From Chlorokybus atmophyticus (lineage: Eukaryota > Plantae > Mesostigma and Chlorokybus algae), in contig RHPI01003009.1 in NCBI GenBank assembly GCA_009103225.1, positions 148,091-212,090 of the forward strand: a stretch of 64,000 nt of DNA, written 5' to 3'. The first letter of the stretch is position 1. Each line of letters begins with the position of its first letter. Both the position numbers and the translations under genes were made by a program. A model generated the notes under the pieces. That model had not been told where the DNA came from. It did not search any database and was given only the letters and a program-made list of their open reading frames with translations. Below are positions 62,885 through 64,000 of the stretch, in pieces.

Positions 62885-64000
62885 CTGTATTTACCCCAAC
62901 ACAGTCCCCCCCTTTTTATACAGTCCCCCCCTCGATTTTGCTGAGGGGGACTGTGTACGGGGGGGGACTGTGTTACAGTAGGGGGGACTGTGTTGTGTAG
63001 CTGGGCGCAGCACAGTCCCCGCCCAAGATATGTCATCCAACCTTCAAGTTACGCCCATGGTCGTAATTGGGGTTTTCTGGCGCCGAAACAGCGGCGTTAG
63101 GGTTATTGAGCTGGTTGGCGAGGTTGTTAAGGTGGGGCGGCGGTGAACATGGTGGGGGCGAGAGCTGCAAGGCATGCAGCGCGCAACCGCCTGGAAAGAG
63201 AAGCTGCTGCTGCCGAGGAGGCTGCCAAGATAGCTGCAGAGGCGGCAGCCAAGGCACGTGAGGCGGCCGCCAGGCTTGCGACAGAGGCGGCAGCAGAGCA
63301 GCTGGACGCCGGTGGTGAGCGGCCCACCGGCGTCCAGAAGCGCGTCAATGCTGCCCGCACCAACAACGGGCGCAATAGGAGGTACAAGCGGCGAGCATTC
63401 ACATGCCACCAAAAGGTATGTTTATGCAATGTGCTTTGTGTATTGGTAATAATGCATGCTGTTACTGCTCAGCACAATAAGGGTGTGCATTTGCACGTGT
63501 ACTTAGCTGTGCTGCGTGCTGTGACAATGCATGCACGCTCACACACTTGCATGCACGTGACGCATGTGTATGCGTGCATGCACTGTTGCTGCGTGCTATG
63601 TGTCTGGCTGGCGTGACTAACAAAGTGTTACATGGCAGCGCAAGTTCATTGACATTGCCAAGCATCTTGGCATTAAAAGAACCGAGCGCGAGCACGGCAT
63701 CCACGCCAAGAGCTTGCGGAACTGGCTTAAGCAAGAGCTAGAGATCAAGTCTGCATGTGCAAGTGATTGTAGGCTAAAGGGTGGCGGGAGGACACTCTCA
63801 ATTCCAGAGCTTGACACTCTTGTGTGCAACTACATTGTTGATAAGAGGTCGCGTGGGTTGGGAGTGACACAAGGCATGATCAGGGTATGTTTATGCATGT
63901 GGTACACTTGTGTTTGCATCAAGGGCTGCACGCACTTGCACGCACACACGCACGCGCACAGCTGCACCACTCTAGCATGCACACGCACACGGAGCTGAAC
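62885..64000 (+). mobile_element. Left end of a pogo/Tc2-like (Tc1/mariner superfamily) DNA transposon with an intron-containing transposase; runs off the window
   Basis: TA (62883-62884) followed by CTGTATTTACCCCAACACAGTCCCCCC, with direct and inverted copies of ACAGTCCCCCC up to about 63020. Spliced ORF from 63149: RRAFTCHQK|RKFIDIAKHLGIKRTEREHGIHAKSLRNW (Brinker/CENP-B-type HTH), then GGGRTLSIPELDTLVCNYIVDKRSRGLGVTQGMIR (CENPB/Tc5 HTH). Confidence 0.85.

Noticed and set aside
1-64000. tRNA, rRNA and CRISPR arrays
   Set aside because: None recognised; the repeats present are microsatellites, tandem duplications or TE ends.

Overview
Eukaryotic, intron-rich genomic DNA with five N-gaps, most bordered by poly-G/C runs. 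Gene content points to a streptophyte (charophyte-grade) green alga, which is an inference: plant-type HDC1, Ac45-like, IMP-like, phi-GST and Em/LEA genes and telo-box promoters occur together with a cilium-associated TPPP and a peptidoglycan-family peptidase. I reconstructed 13 spliced genes by hand: a GYGD/CNBD K+ channel, phi-class GST (disrupted), Em/LEA5, double-domain TPPP, V-ATPase Ac45-like, IMP/S26-like, HDC1, S66 LD-carboxypeptidase, NBAS/MIP2, eIF2-beta, CAP59-type mannosyltransferase, ArfGAP, stand-alone DHBP synthase and PGLP (12 plus the GST count as intact-looking or disrupted models; boundaries are approximate). Mobile elements are two decayed Ty3/Gypsy elements and the left end of a pogo/Tc2-like DNA transposon. 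The most striking observation is the minus-strand Gypsy at about 39.4-43.3 kb. It carries a DNMT3-like C5 cytosine methyltransferase catalytic domain directly upstream of RT and a PHD finger after integrase. Other notable points are an NBAS lacking its N-terminal beta-propeller, an intron-containing bacterial-type S66 peptidase, a K+ channel with a canonical IQ motif, and an Em 20-mer repeat encoded by exactly one 60-nt exon. All family assignments come from recognising motifs by eye; no searches were run.
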